A stretch of 64,000 bases of DNA from Alphaproteobacteria bacterium UBA6178 (lineage in GTDB: Bacteria; Pseudomonadota; Alphaproteobacteria; Rickettsiales; UBA3002). A program made the translations under genes and the position numbers. Location of the stretch: contig DITS01000034.1 of assembly GCA_002422205.1 (NCBI GenBank), positions 9,522 to 73,521 on the forward strand, read 5' to 3'. The notes beneath the pieces are model-generated. The model was not told where the DNA came from. It did no database searches and worked only from the letters and a program-made list of their open reading frames with translations. This document shows positions 20,960-31,884 of the stretch, piece by piece. Numbering within the stretch: the stretch's first letter is position 1; each line of letters begins with the position of its first letter.

Positions 20960-21732
20960 GGCTCACACGTCGCACGCAGCGTATCCAGCGCACGGTAATC
21001 GGTCAAATCAAGGCTGAGCGGCGTCACCGTAATAAACCCAAGGTTAAGCTGCATATAATCCGCTGCCGGATGGTCATCATACGGCTCGTCCGATGGCCCA
21101 CCAATCCAAAAATATGGGCGCCCGCGCGGATCAATCCGCTTCTCAAGCTTTTCCCCAATTTTACGCCGCCCTTGCGGACACACCTTAATGCCCTTCACCA
21201 ACGGCTCAGGCAAACCCGGAAAATTCACATTAATCAGCACACCTTTCGGCCAGCCCGTTTGCACCAGCTTACGAATCAGATCAGGGCTGAAAATGCGCGG
21301 CACATTCCATTCCACCATCGTCGGATCAATCAGCCGCGTGCTGAATGCAATCGACGGAATATCCAGCAAAGTCCCCTCCATCGCCGCCGCAATCGTGCCC
21401 GAATAGGTCACATCTTCCGCCACATTCAACCCGCGATTAATGCCGGACAAAATCAAATCGGGCCGTTTGTCAGGGATAATCTGCAATATCGCCATCAGCA
21501 CACAATCCGTCGGCGTACCCAGCACAGCATAACGCCGGTCATCTATTTTGCGCATGCGCAGCGGCTCATGCATGGTCAGCGAATGGCCCGCGCCGCTTTG
21601 TTCCTGCTCGGGTGCAATCACCCACACATCATCGCTCAATGTGCGTGCAATCGCCTCCAACACACCAATACCATCGGCATTAATACCATCATCATTGGTC
21701 ACTAAAATCCGCTTACTTGCTATATCGCTCAT
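20956..21732 (-). CDS. surE: 5'/3'-nucleotidase SurE
   Basis: [22 protein letters not shown], with an ATGA overlap with the serS stop. The 344-aa ORF-track version is an upstream read-through. Confidence 0.9.
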   Translation of the reverse strand: MSDIASKRILVTNDDGINADGIGVLEAIARTLSDDVWVIAPEQEQSGAGHSLTMHEPLRMRKIDDRRYAVLGTPTDCVLMAILQIIPDKRPDLILSGINRGLNVAEDVTYSGTIAAAMEGTLLDIPSIAFSTRLIDPTMVEWNVPRIFSPDLIRKLVQTGWPKGVLINVNFPGLPEPLVKGIKVCPQGRRKIGEKLEKRIDPRGRPYFWIGGPSDEPYDDHPAADYMQLNLGFITVTPLSLDLTDYRALDTLRATCEP

Positions 21733-23003
21733 GCCAAAATCACCTTCATCCCACCCATATAAGGCAGCAACACATCCGGTACACGAATGCTGCCATCTGC
21801 CTGCTGATAATTCTCCATCACCGCCACCAGCGCACGGCCCACCGCCACGCCAGAGCCATTCAACGTATGCACAAATTGCGGCTTTGCTTCTGCCGTCTCG
21901 CGGTAACGCGCATTCATACGCCGCGCCTGAAAATCCCCGCAATTCGAGCAGCTCGATATTTCGCGGTAGGTATTTTGCGCTGGCAACCAAACTTCCAGAT
22001 CATACGTTTTCTGCGCCCCAAACCCAGTATCACCACTACATAACAGCACCGTGCGATAAGGAAGCCCCAGCTTCTCGAGCACCGTTTGCGCGCATTTCAG
22101 CATCCGCTCATGCTCCGCTTTCGATTCCTCAGGACGTGTAATACACACCATTTCCACTTTGCTAAATTGATGCTGCCGTATCATGCCGCGCGTATCTTTG
22201 CCCGCAGAGCCCGCTTCAGACCTAAAGCATGGCGTGTGCGCGGTGTAGCGGCGCGGCAGCGTGTCATTGGCCACAATGGACTCCGCAACGATATTGGTTA
22301 GCGATACTTCCGAGGTCGGAATCAAATAATGCTCAGTTGTCGTTTTGAACAAATCTTCCTCAAACTTCGGCAGCTGCCCCGTGCCGAACAATGCATTGTC
22401 GCGCACCAGATAAGGTGGGTTCACCTCAATAAAGCCATGCGCGTCGGTATGCAAATCCAGCATAAACTGCGCCAAGGCCCGCTCCAGCCGTGCCAGCGCC
22501 CCCGATAATACGACAAAGCGCGAGCCGGACATTTTCGCCGCCGCTTCAAAATCCATCATTCCCAGCGCCTCACCTAGCGCCACATGGTCTTTCGGCTCAA
22601 ATCCCAGCTTGGTCGGCTCACCCCAAATATGCACTTGCACATTCGCGCTCTCATCCGCCCCATCAGGCACATCAGCTGCCAGTATATTCGGCAGCACAGC
22701 AAGTGCCGCAGCAACCGCATCCTCATCTTCTGCCTGCGCCTTAAACGCGGCGAGCTGCTCTTTAATTTCATTGGCTCGTTTCAGGCTCGCTTCCGCCTCC
22801 GCGTGTTTGCCTTGTCCTTTGAGCGCCCCAATCGACTTGGCCAGCGCATTACGCTCCTGTTCCATCACTTGCATAGTTTGTATGCTCTGGCGCTTGGCCT
22901 CATCCAACGCCAAAATCGCCGCCGACTGGCCAGCCAACCCGCGCCGCTGCATCGCTGCGTCAAACGCCTCGGGGTTTTCTCTAATCCATTTGATGTCGTG
23001 CAT
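21729..23003 (-). CDS. serS: seryl-tRNA synthetase
   Basis: 424 aa with an N-terminal coiled-coil arm and class II motifs ([34 protein letters not shown]). Confidence 0.95.
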   Translation of the reverse strand: MHDIKWIRENPEAFDAAMQRRGLAGQSAAILALDEAKRQSIQTMQVMEQERNALAKSIGALKGQGKHAEAEASLKRANEIKEQLAAFKAQAEDEDAVAAALAVLPNILAADVPDGADESANVQVHIWGEPTKLGFEPKDHVALGEALGMMDFEAAAKMSGSRFVVLSGALARLERALAQFMLDLHTDAHGFIEVNPPYLVRDNALFGTGQLPKFEEDLFKTTTEHYLIPTSEVSLTNIVAESIVANDTLPRRYTAHTPCFRSEAGSAGKDTRGMIRQHQFSKVEMVCITRPEESKAEHERMLKCAQTVLEKLGLPYRTVLLCSGDTGFGAQKTYDLEVWLPAQNTYREISSCSNCGDFQARRMNARYRETAEAKPQFVHTLNGSGVAVGRALVAVMENYQQADGSIRVPDVLLPYMGGMKVILA

Positions 23004-23751
23004 GTTTTTTTTCCATCATTGCGCAAGTCAGAATCGATATCTCATAAAGACAATAAAGCGGTATGAAAAGGGCAATCTGGCTGATCACATCCGGCGGCGT
23101 CAAAATGGCTGCCGCTGTGATAATCATGACAACAGCATATTTGCGCCCGCGCCGCAAGGTGCGCACCCTCACCATCCCCATCCGCGCCATCAGCGTAAGC
23201 GCCACCGGCAGCTGAAACGCAAGCCCGAACGCAAATAACAGCTGTATCACCAGCGATAAATATTCTCCTACCTTGGCTTCCAGCTGAATCGGCAGCCCCA
23301 TAGTGCCACCATTGCTCTCAAAGCCAATAAAAAACTCCCACGCCATCGGAATCACCAAAAAATACGCCAGCGCGACACCAGTAAAAAATAACAGTGGCGC
23401 AATAATCAGATAGGGCAGCAGCACATATTTTTCATTTTTGTATAAGCCCGGCGCTAAAAACATATAAAACTGCGCCGCAATCACCGGAAACGCCACCGCC
23501 AGCGCCGCATACAGCGCCAGCTTTACATAGGTAAAAAACGTTTCGGTCAGGCTGGTATAAATCAGCCGCCGCTGCGATTCATGGTCAAATGAATTGGCCA
23601 ACGGCTCCACCAGCACGGCATAAATCACATCAACAAAATAATAGCAGCCGATAAATGCAATCAACCACGCCGCGCAGGCAATCATCACGCGTTTGCGCAG
23701 CTCGATCAGATGCGCGATCAAAGGCGCGCGACTGGCTTCCACCTCACTCAT
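22981..23751 (-). CDS. tatC: twin-arginine translocase subunit TatC
   Basis: 256 aa with six TM helices and [11 protein letters not shown] at the N-terminus. Confidence 0.9.
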   Translation of the reverse strand: MSEVEASRAPLIAHLIELRKRVMIACAAWLIAFIGCYYFVDVIYAVLVEPLANSFDHESQRRLIYTSLTETFFTYVKLALYAALAVAFPVIAAQFYMFLAPGLYKNEKYVLLPYLIIAPLLFFTGVALAYFLVIPMAWEFFIGFESNGGTMGLPIQLEAKVGEYLSLVIQLLFAFGLAFQLPVALTLMARMGMVRVRTLRRGRKYAVVMIITAAAILTPPDVISQIALFIPLYCLYEISILTCAMMEKKHARHQMD

Positions 23752-24031
23752 CGCTTGGCTTTCCGTCCTTTTTCATCAATTCGCTGATGTCGTAAATCTC
23801 CTGATAGTCACCATTTTGGTCAATCAGATAGCGGGTTTCTTTTTTAAAATCGTCCACGCCCGACTCATTGACAATATCGTCCACGCTTTGGCGCACATCC
23901 TGCATCATGCCCTGCACCTGCTTAAACAGATTCATCACGGCGCGGATCACTTTGGGCAAATCCTGCGGGCCAATCACCACCAGCGCTACCACGCTGATAA
24001 GCAGCAATTCGGCGAAGGACAGATCAAACAT
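23744..24031 (-). CDS. tatB: twin-arginine translocase subunit TatB
   Basis: MFDLSFAELLLISVVALVVIGPQDLP. Confidence 0.85.
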   Translation of the reverse strand: MFDLSFAELLLISVVALVVIGPQDLPKVIRAVMNLFKQVQGMMQDVRQSVDDIVNESGVDDFKKETRYLIDQNGDYQEIYDISELMKKDGKPSDE

Positions 24032-24213
24032 TAGTCAGCTTTGGTTTTATCTTGGGTGATTTCTTTGCTCTCGGCCTCGTCGCCTTTCAGCCCGTCACGT
24101 AAGGAGCGCACGCCTTTGCCCACATCCCCCATTACACGTGGCAGTTTGCCTGCGCCAAAAATCACAAACACAATCACCAAAATCAGAACCAGCTGCCAGA
24201 TACCAATACTCAT
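24031..24213 (-). CDS. tatA: twin-arginine translocase subunit TatA
   Basis: MSIGIWQLVLILVIVFVIFGAGKLP. Confidence 0.9.
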   Translation of the reverse strand: MSIGIWQLVLILVIVFVIFGAGKLPRVMGDVGKGVRSLRDGLKGDEAESKEITQDKTKAD

Positions 24214-24273
24214 GTGAAACCTCTAATTACTATTTGCGGCACGCTAGCATAAAGCCATAGCCGCCACAATGCT

Positions 24274-25290
24274 TTACGCAGCGTACAGCTTCGGCATTAA
24301 CACGTCCAGTTCGGCCTCAAGCAATGCCATGTCCATTTGCGCCGGATAGGCTATCGTAGCAAATGCCCGCTTAACACGTGCCAGCCCTTGCGCTGACAAG
24401 GCTTGCGCCCCTGCCGCCACGCGTGACATTTCCGGCAAGTCGCCATTACAATGCAATACAACATCACAACCCGCCGCCAGCGCATGGGTCGACAACTCCG
24501 CCAAATCACCTTTCAACGCCTTCATCGAAATATCATCGCTCATCAGTAACCCGTCAAAGCCGATTTGCTCCCGAATCAATGCAATTGCGCGCGGAGACAG
24601 CGTCGCCGGCTGCTCTTCATCAATCGCGCTGTAACGAATATGCGCTGTCATCGCCATCGGCAAATCGGCCAGCTGCTTAAACGGCACAAAATCCGATTGC
24701 TCGAGCACTTCCAGTGCCTCGCCCACCACGGGCAGTTCAAAATGACTATCCGCCAGCGCTCGCCCATGACCGGGAATATGTTTCAATACCGGCATCACAC
24801 CGCCATCCATCAGCCCTTGCGCCTGCGCGCGTGCTAGCGGCACAACCTCCGCTGCACTCCGGCCAAAGGCGCGATCACCAATAATATCATGCGCTCCATC
24901 AAGCCTTAAATCAGCGCAAGGTGCACAGTTGGTATTAATCCCCAACGCACGCAAATCCGCCGCAATCAATCGCGCATTTAAATAACAAGCACGCAAGCCC
25001 TCATCGAGCGACGCGCGCGCCATATCCACAAAAGCCTCAGCCGCCGGATAAGCCCGCCAATGCGGCGGTTTCAGCCGCGCCACGCGCCCGCCTTCCTGAT
25101 CAATCAATATCGGTACATCGCGATGCGACACCGTCGATTTCAGCTCCGCCACCAATTCACGGATTTGATCGGGCGACGAACAATTACGCGCAAATAAAAT
25201 AAAGCCCAACGGTTGCTGATCAGCAAAAAACTGCATTTCTTCGGTGCTTAAATGCTCACCCTTACAGCCAAAAATTACTGCGCTCACCAT
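24274..25290 (-). CDS. nagZ: beta-N-acetylhexosaminidase
   Basis: GH3 motifs IDQEGGRV and KHIPGHG. Start set at MVSAVIFG. Confidence 0.85.
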   Translation of the reverse strand: MVSAVIFGCKGEHLSTEEMQFFADQQPLGFILFARNCSSPDQIRELVAELKSTVSHRDVPILIDQEGGRVARLKPPHWRAYPAAEAFVDMARASLDEGLRACYLNARLIAADLRALGINTNCAPCADLRLDGAHDIIGDRAFGRSAAEVVPLARAQAQGLMDGGVMPVLKHIPGHGRALADSHFELPVVGEALEVLEQSDFVPFKQLADLPMAMTAHIRYSAIDEEQPATLSPRAIALIREQIGFDGLLMSDDISMKALKGDLAELSTHALAAGCDVVLHCNGDLPEMSRVAAGAQALSAQGLARVKRAFATIAYPAQMDMALLEAELDVLMPKLYAA

Positions 25291-25292
25291 AA

Positions 25293-26096
25293 TTACTTCC
25301 CAACCGGAAAGCAGCCCTGATTTTGCGCACTCAATGCCGCACAAGCCGATTTTGCTGCATCATCCGACGCATAACCACCCACGCGCAAGCGATAATACAC
25401 GCCCTTAGCGCCCAAATCCGCACGGATAATTTCATGGGCTTTACCACTCAGCACGCTATGCGCCGCGCGTACCTTGTTCCAGGTTTGCTCGGCCTCGCCT
25501 TGCGAGCGAAAAGCCCCCAACTGAATTTTATAACCCGACATGCTGGCACTAGCGGGTGCCGCTTTAGGTGCAGCAGGCGACGGTTGCGCTAATGGCGCAA
25601 GCTTAGGGGCTTCCACAGGTTTAGGCTGTTCCTTAGGCGCTTCTACAGCAGGCGGCGTCACCTTGGGTACTTCTTTTGCAACCACAGGCTTATTTGCCTG
25701 TTGTGTTTCATTCGCCGCGTTTTGCAATATCGCTGCTATTTTCTCATCAGCGGCAGTCGGCTCTTTATCCATATCCTCAGGCAGCACCACTTCCTCTTCG
25801 CTATCCAGCACCACCGTATCACCACTCGGCTTAGCATCCGGATTCACGGCCTGATAAATGGTTTTTTCCTGATGCGGAAATTCCATTCCGCCCGGGTCTT
25901 CCGGCGCTTCTTTAATCGGGCTGCTATCGGCCTCAATCACCACCACATCACCGGTTTGCACACTTTTCGTGCCGGTATAATATGCATACCATGCCAGCGA
26001 AAAAAAGCCTGCCACCGCAAGCAACAGTACCACAATCGACATCCAGCGCATACTGGGATTTTCAGCGTCATCATAATCATCATAATCGGTCTGCAT
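25293..26096 (-). CDS. SPOR-domain membrane protein
   Basis: 267 aa with one N-terminal TM helix, a Pro/Ala/Lys-rich linker and a C-terminal SPOR-type fold (YKIQLGAFRSQGEAE...YYRLRVGGY). Confidence 0.75.
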   Translation of the reverse strand: MQTDYDDYDDAENPSMRWMSIVVLLLAVAGFFSLAWYAYYTGTKSVQTGDVVVIEADSSPIKEAPEDPGGMEFPHQEKTIYQAVNPDAKPSGDTVVLDSEEEVVLPEDMDKEPTAADEKIAAILQNAANETQQANKPVVAKEVPKVTPPAVEAPKEQPKPVEAPKLAPLAQPSPAAPKAAPASASMSGYKIQLGAFRSQGEAEQTWNKVRAAHSVLSGKAHEIIRADLGAKGVYYRLRVGGYASDDAAKSACAALSAQNQGCFPVGK

Positions 26097-27845
26097 CTAA
26101 AGCTCCTCTGCAGGTGTCACACCAAGCACGGTAAGCGCCGAGGCTACTACGACAGTAACCGCCCGGGCAAGACTTAATCGCGCCGCTGTGAGTTGCGGGT
26201 CATCACGAACCACAAAGCGTAATTCCTCCGCCCCGTTACCCATATTCCATAATCCATGAAAAGCAGCCGCCACCTCCTGCACATAAAAGGCAATGCGATG
26301 TGGCTCATAAGCCATCGCCGCCGCCTCCACCATGCGCGGATATTGCGCCAATAATTGAATAAGCCCCAACTCCGCAGGCGATGCCAAAAGCGCCAGCAAC
26401 GACGCATCTGGCTGCGCGGATTGCGCCAATGCTTCGGGCATTTCACCCCCCGCCAGCCGCAACAGCGATTTGGCCCGCGCATGCGCATATTGCACATAAA
26501 ATACCGGATTCTCTTTCGATTGTTCCTTCACCTTATCCAGATCAAAATCCATCACCATATCGCTTTTGCGCGTCAACATAATAAAACGCAAAATATCTTT
26601 GCCCACGGCCTCCAGCACATCGCGCGCCGTTTCAAAGTTGCCCGCCCGCTTCGACATTTTCACCGGCTCGCCATCTTTCAGCAAATTCACCATCTGACAC
26701 AGCTTAATATCGGTTGCCACCTTGCGGTCGCTCAGCGCGCTGATCGCCGCTTCCATCCGCTTACGATAGCCACCATGATCAGCACCCAGCATATACACCA
26801 GCGTATCAAACCCGCGTGCAATCTTATGCTGCGCATAGGCCAAATCGGCAGCAAAATAAGTGTAGCTCCCATCCGGCTTTTGCAATGCGCGGTCCACATC
26901 ATCCCCATAATCGGTAGATTTGAACAATAACTGCTCGCGCTCTTCCCAATCCGCTGGCTTCTTGCCTTTAGGCGGCTCCAGCACCCCACGGTAAATCAAT
27001 CCTTTGGCGGTAAGCAGGCCTATTGCCTCGGGAATTTTACCCCCCTCATACAACGATTTTTCCGATATAAACACATCATGCTGAATGCCAAGCGCTAGCA
27101 AATCATCCTTAATCATGGCCAGCATCGATTCAATCGCAAAAGCTTTCACATCTTCCAGCCATTCGCTCTCACCCTTGCCCAGCAAATCCGTGCCATGCAC
27201 CTGCTTAAGCGACTCGCCCACCGCAATTAAATACTCACCCGGATACAACCCCGCCGGAATGTCGATCGCTTCGCCGCACGCCTCGCGGTAGCGCAAATAA
27301 GCCGAACGCGCCAACACATCCACCTGCGCCCCAGCGTCATTAATGTAATATTCCTTGGTAACCTTGTAGCCCGCCTTCAGCAGCAAAAGCGCCAGCGCAT
27401 CGCCATAAACCGCCCCGCGCGTATGCCCCACATGCAGCGGCCCCGTCGGATTGGCCGATACATATTCCACATTAATATCGCGTCCCGCCCCAATAGCGGA
27501 ATTGCCATAACTGTTACCCGCACTCAAAATATCATATACCGCGCCTTGCCAAAAGGCAGGGGCAAAGCGCACATTAATAAAGCCCGGCCCTGCAATCTGC
27601 ACATCCGTTACATTATCCAGCAACCGCAATGCTTGCGCAATCGGCTCCGCCACCGCGCGCGGGTTCGATTTTGTTTGCCCAGCCAGCACCATCGCCGCAT
27701 TAGTGGCCATATCCCCATGCGACGCATCGCGCGGCGGCTCCACCGTCACCGCATCCAAAGACGCGTCGGCAGGCAGCGCCCCTTGCCCTTTCATTTCCTC
27801 AAGTATCACATAAAGTTTTTCTTTTAAGTCACTATATAAATTCAT
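26097..27845 (-). CDS. argS: arginyl-tRNA synthetase
   Basis: 582 aa with the HIGH-type motif ANPTGPLHVGH and the KMSKR-type motif MSKRAGN. Confidence 0.95.
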   Translation of the reverse strand: MNLYSDLKEKLYVILEEMKGQGALPADASLDAVTVEPPRDASHGDMATNAAMVLAGQTKSNPRAVAEPIAQALRLLDNVTDVQIAGPGFINVRFAPAFWQGAVYDILSAGNSYGNSAIGAGRDINVEYVSANPTGPLHVGHTRGAVYGDALALLLLKAGYKVTKEYYINDAGAQVDVLARSAYLRYREACGEAIDIPAGLYPGEYLIAVGESLKQVHGTDLLGKGESEWLEDVKAFAIESMLAMIKDDLLALGIQHDVFISEKSLYEGGKIPEAIGLLTAKGLIYRGVLEPPKGKKPADWEEREQLLFKSTDYGDDVDRALQKPDGSYTYFAADLAYAQHKIARGFDTLVYMLGADHGGYRKRMEAAISALSDRKVATDIKLCQMVNLLKDGEPVKMSKRAGNFETARDVLEAVGKDILRFIMLTRKSDMVMDFDLDKVKEQSKENPVFYVQYAHARAKSLLRLAGGEMPEALAQSAQPDASLLALLASPAELGLIQLLAQYPRMVEAAAMAYEPHRIAFYVQEVAAAFHGLWNMGNGAEELRFVVRDDPQLTAARLSLARAVTVVVASALTVLGVTPAEEL

Positions 27846-27850
27846 ATTAA

Positions 27851-29011
27851 TTATATTCTTGTTGTAGGGTCAAACACGCGGGCATATTCTTCTAACGCGA
27901 AGCGGTCAGTCATACCAGCGATAAAATCGCACACCGCCTCCGCTGTTTGCTGGCTTTGAGGCTCACCCGTTAGCGCAAACCATGTGGGCGGCAAACAATC
28001 AGGCTCCGACAGATAAAAACGAAACAACTCCTGAATCACCCGTCTCGCCTTACTCGTCATCCGATTCACTTTAAAATGCCGGTACATCCTATTCTTTAAA
28101 AAGCTTTTTATAGCTTTGTTAACCACTTGCATCTCATCCGAAAAATGCACCACCGGCTGCCCCAGCTGGCGAATATCCTCTACACTGGCAATCGGATGCG
28201 CCGCAATATTCTGTTTGGTTTGTTCAATCAAATCCGCCACCATGCGGTTAATCAACCGCCGTATCACTTCATGCGTGCGCCGGTGATTATCAAGCCCAGC
28301 ATGATGCGCATCCACCTCCGCCACAATATTACCCACCAATGGTAGCTCCGCCAACTCCGCCAGCGTAAAGAAATTCGCACGCAAACCATCTTCAATATCA
28401 TGGTTATTATACGCAATATCATCCGCGAGTGATGCCAGCTGCGCCTCAGCGCTCGCATGCGTATGAATTTCCAAATCATGTTGCTGCAGATATTCCGCCA
28501 TCGCCCGTGGTACATCATGTACCGGGCCATTATGCTTGGCCAAACCTTCAAGGGTTTCCCATGTCAGGTTGAGGCCATTAAATCCCGCGTAGCGCGCTTC
28601 CAGCTGCGTCAATATCCGCAATGTCTGTGCATTATGGTCAAACCCGCCAAAGGGTGCCATTGCCGCGTTCAGCCCGTCTTCGCCCGCATGGCCAAAAGGC
28701 GTATGCCCCAAATCATGCGCCAGCGCCAGCGCCTCGCCCAAATCCTCATTCAGCCCCAGCACCCGACACATCGAACGCGATAATTGGGACACTTCAAGGC
28801 TATGTGTCAATCGGGTGCGGTAATGATCACCCTCATGATTGACAAAAACTTGTGTTTTATATTCCAGCCGCCGAAACGCCGCCGAGTGAATAATCCGGTC
28901 ACGATCCCGCTGATACGGCGTGCGCATGCCGCATTCATCCTCCGCATGCAACCGCCCGCGTGACGCATCGGGCAAGCAAGCATAAGGTGCAAATGATTGA
29001 GTATATTCCAT
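27851..29011 (-). CDS. dgt: dGTP triphosphohydrolase-like HD-domain protein
   Basis: 386 aa with FQRDRDRIIHS..FRRL..KTQV and the HD motif AHDLGHTPFGH. Confidence 0.85.
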   Translation of the reverse strand: MEYTQSFAPYACLPDASRGRLHAEDECGMRTPYQRDRDRIIHSAAFRRLEYKTQVFVNHEGDHYRTRLTHSLEVSQLSRSMCRVLGLNEDLGEALALAHDLGHTPFGHAGEDGLNAAMAPFGGFDHNAQTLRILTQLEARYAGFNGLNLTWETLEGLAKHNGPVHDVPRAMAEYLQQHDLEIHTHASAEAQLASLADDIAYNNHDIEDGLRANFFTLAELAELPLVGNIVAEVDAHHAGLDNHRRTHEVIRRLINRMVADLIEQTKQNIAAHPIASVEDIRQLGQPVVHFSDEMQVVNKAIKSFLKNRMYRHFKVNRMTSKARRVIQELFRFYLSEPDCLPPTWFALTGEPQSQQTAEAVCDFIAGMTDRFALEEYARVFDPTTRI

Positions 29012-29102
29012 AGCCCGTTGCTACAATGCTTTCACAGCCGAGTCCAGAGCGGAGTGCCTATCAGCCCTTGTTTTTGCCAGCAAATAGCCATACATTAAAA
29101 GT

Positions 29103-29441
29103 ATGAGTACACCTATACTGCATATATCCGATTCAGCCGCCACGCGCATCGCCCATTTGCTGGGCACCGAGCCCGAGGGCAGCAAGCTGCGCGTCTCGGT
29201 TTTGGGTGGCGGCTGTTCCGGCTTCCAGTATCATTTCGAATTTGATCCCAAACCACTCGCCGAGGACGATAAAATATTCGAAAAATCCGGCGCGCAAGTC
29301 GTGGTAGACGATACATCCTTAGAGCTGCTCAATGAATCAATGATCGATTACATCGAAACATTGGGTGCCGCCGCATTCGAAATCAAAAACCCGCAAGCCA
29401 CCGCTTCCTGCGGCTGCGGCAATTCATTTTCCGTCGCCTGA
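29103..29441 (+). CDS. erpA: iron-sulfur cluster insertion protein (ErpA/IscA type)
   Basis: 112 aa with GGGCSGFQY and a C-terminal CGCGNSF. Confidence 0.85.
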   Translation: MSTPILHISDSAATRIAHLLGTEPEGSKLRVSVLGGGCSGFQYHFEFDPKPLAEDDKIFEKSGAQVVVDDTSLELLNESMIDYIETLGAAAFEIKNPQATASCGCGNSFSVA

Positions 29442-30226
29442 TGCTCTCCGTCGCGACCTGGAACGTTAATTCCATCAAGGCCCGCCTCGAGCATGTCACC
29501 ACATGGCTACGCGATGCCCAGCCCGATATTGCCCTGCTGCAAGAGCTAAAATCCGAAGAAGCCACCCTTCCCACACAAGAAATCGAAGATTTAGGCTATA
29601 ATATCGCCGCACTGGGTCAAAAAACCTATAATGGCGTGGCAATCCTGTCCAAATACCCCATCGACGAGGTGATAAAAGGTCTTCCCACTTATCCCCAAGA
29701 CGAACAAGCCCGCTATATCGAGGCGATCATCAGCACATCGGCAGGTGCAGTGCGCGTCGCCTCCGTCTATGTCCCCAACGGGCAATCGGTCGATTCGGAT
29801 AAATTCCACTATAAAATGCTGTTTTTCGAGCGTTTGCGTAGCCACATGCAAAGCTTATTAGCCTATGAAGAACCCATCATCATCGGCGGCGATTATAACG
29901 TCGCCCCCGCACCTATTGATGTCTATGATCCAGCACGCCTCGATGGTACCATCTGCTATCACCCCGCCGAACGCGCGCATTTTCGCAGCCTGTGCAACAT
30001 GGGCTATTACGACGCCTACCGTATCAAACAACCCGATACCCAACAATTCAGCTGGTGGGATTATCGCGGTGGTGCCTACAGCCGCGGCCATGGCTTCCGC
30101 ATCGATCATTTATTGTTAAACGCCATCGCCACCGACCAACTAACTGGTTGTCACATCGACGAAGCCCCACGTCAGCAGGATAAACCTTCTGATCACACAC
30201 CGGTTATTGCGGTATTCAAAGATTAG
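29441..30226 (+). CDS. xthA: exodeoxyribonuclease III
   Basis: 261 aa with TWNVNSI, LQELK and SDHTP. Confidence 0.9.
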   Translation: MLSVATWNVNSIKARLEHVTTWLRDAQPDIALLQELKSEEATLPTQEIEDLGYNIAALGQKTYNGVAILSKYPIDEVIKGLPTYPQDEQARYIEAIISTSAGAVRVASVYVPNGQSVDSDKFHYKMLFFERLRSHMQSLLAYEEPIIIGGDYNVAPAPIDVYDPARLDGTICYHPAERAHFRSLCNMGYYDAYRIKQPDTQQFSWWDYRGGAYSRGHGFRIDHLLLNAIATDQLTGCHIDEAPRQQDKPSDHTPVIAVFKD

Positions 30227-31881
30227 AACGTGCCTTCCGGCTCATCATCAATGGGAGAATTCCCACCAGCAGCCTGCTTTTGGGGCCGCTCCACATTATA
30301 AACAACGGGCTTATGCTCAGGGTTCGGCACCAGAACCGTGGGAGCAGTAGTCGTAGCCGTTACCCTTGCCGGACGATAATGCAATTCCGGCGCCCCAACA
30401 GGTGTTGCCGCAGGCTCCACTTCATCATGGGTGTTAAGTTTCTTCTCAATTACCTCAAAGCCAGCAGAAGCCGGTGCTTGCTGCACAGCCACGGGTGCAG
30501 GCGCGGGCATACCACCCGGACGCGGGCACACCTGATTACGCCCCGTATTCTTAGCCTCATACAAAGCTGTATCCGCACGCTTCAAAAGCTTTTGTCCGTC
30601 ATCCACCGCAGGGTTTAGCGACGCCACACCAATACTCACCGTTTTATTCAGCTGCCCTACTTCATGGCTCACCTTAAACGGCGTCGATTCAATTTTCCGC
30701 CGCATCCGGTCTGCCACTTCATAGGCACTGTCAAAATCCGTTTCTGGCATCAGCACTACAAATTCTTCGCCGCCATAACGCGCGGCCAAATCCGCACTAC
30801 GGGTTGATCCAATAATCACTTGTGCCAATTGTTTCAAAATCTCATCACCCACATCATGCCCATAGGTATCATTAACCGACTTAAAATGGTCCATATCCAT
30901 AATCAGAAGCGACATCGCCTTGCCATTTTCCAACGATGATTTCGCCAGATTCGCAAGGTGAGTATCAAGATAGTGACGGTTATACAGGCGTGTCAGACCG
31001 TCCGTAATCGCCATCGACACGCTTTCCTGATAGTTCGATTTCAACGCATCCTGAAACCGTTTGCGACGAATCTGGGTTTTTACCCGCGCCAGCATTTCGT
31101 TATAATCCACCGGCACAATCAAATAATCATTCACGCCCAGCTCCAGCGCCTTCAGCATCAGCGATTGATCATCCTCATCCATCAACATGATCACCGGCAC
31201 ATGGCGCAACAACTCAATCGCCTTAAACTGCGTAGCCAGTCGTAACCCATCGATATCCGCGAGCATGGTACTCACAATAATCAGATCAACGGGGTTTTGA
31301 CGCAAATACTCCAGCGCCGCCTGATGATCGCTATAAACCTTAACCTCATACGTCTCAGACAACCGCTCCATAATACGGCGTGACTGCACCGCATCATCAT
31401 CAATAACGACCACCCGCGCGCCCTTAAAATCGTTACCCGCCTTCAAGACTTCGTTGATCACGCCCATCTCCGAGCCCGATTGGTCACGCAAACGCAACTC
31501 GTCAATCAGCACCTTAATGCGGATAAGCGAGCGCACACGGGCAAAAAGCGCCATATCATTAATCGGCTTGGTAATAAAATCATCGGCACCGGCTTCCAGC
31601 CCCTGCACACGATCCGACGGCTCGCTAAGCGCCGTCACCATCACCACCGGAATATGCGAAACCTCAGGATCAGCCTTAATCTGACGGCAGGCTTCAAACC
31701 CGTCCATCCCCGGCATCATCACATCAAGCAAAATCAAATCGGGCTTATGCTGCTTGGCCATTTTAATGGCTTCAAACCCGTCACGCCCTGTGACCACGTC
31801 ATAATATTCGCCACTCAGCTTGGCTTCCAGCAGTTTCACATTCGCCGGCACATCATCCACAACCAGTATGAGTCCGGTCAT
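30223..31881 (-). CDS. pleD: PleD-type response regulator diguanylate cyclase (REC-REC-GGDEF) with a long Pro/Ala-rich C-terminal tail
   Basis: REC1 has LILLDVMMPGMDG, followed by a second receiver-like domain. The GGDEF domain has the I-site RSAD five residues before GGEEF. About 100 extra residues follow NTGRNQV. Confidence 0.85.
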   Translation of the reverse strand: MTGLILVVDDVPANVKLLEAKLSGEYYDVVTGRDGFEAIKMAKQHKPDLILLDVMMPGMDGFEACRQIKADPEVSHIPVVMVTALSEPSDRVQGLEAGADDFITKPINDMALFARVRSLIRIKVLIDELRLRDQSGSEMGVINEVLKAGNDFKGARVVVIDDDAVQSRRIMERLSETYEVKVYSDHQAALEYLRQNPVDLIIVSTMLADIDGLRLATQFKAIELLRHVPVIMLMDEDDQSLMLKALELGVNDYLIVPVDYNEMLARVKTQIRRKRFQDALKSNYQESVSMAITDGLTRLYNRHYLDTHLANLAKSSLENGKAMSLLIMDMDHFKSVNDTYGHDVGDEILKQLAQVIIGSTRSADLAARYGGEEFVVLMPETDFDSAYEVADRMRRKIESTPFKVSHEVGQLNKTVSIGVASLNPAVDDGQKLLKRADTALYEAKNTGRNQVCPRPGGMPAPAPVAVQQAPASAGFEVIEKKLNTHDEVEPAATPVGAPELHYRPARVTATTTAPTVLVPNPEHKPVVYNVERPQKQAAGGNSPIDDEPEGTF

Positions 31882-31884
31882 GAT

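Noticed and set aside
20941-21705. Long ORFs antisense to real genes. Examples are 20941..21705 (+, 254 aa, opposite surE), 36061..36702 (+, opposite hpf), 44661..45386 (+, opposite the phasin), 31480..32202 (+, opposite pleD/divK) and 35691..36194.
   Set aside because: Their translations are low-complexity and rich in R, H, P and Q, as is typical of shadow frames in moderately GC-rich DNA. Each is fully covered by a gene with clear family motifs on the other strand. None has a convincing SD sequence.
27851-29011. dGTPase (dgt) and the Sir2-family gene at 1..403 as possible anti-phage defence genes.
   Set aside because: Both look like the housekeeping forms. The dgt gene sits in the conserved argS-dgt / erpA-xthA neighbourhood. 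The Sir2 gene is a plain CobB-type deacylase with no fused effector or sensor domain and no partner genes.
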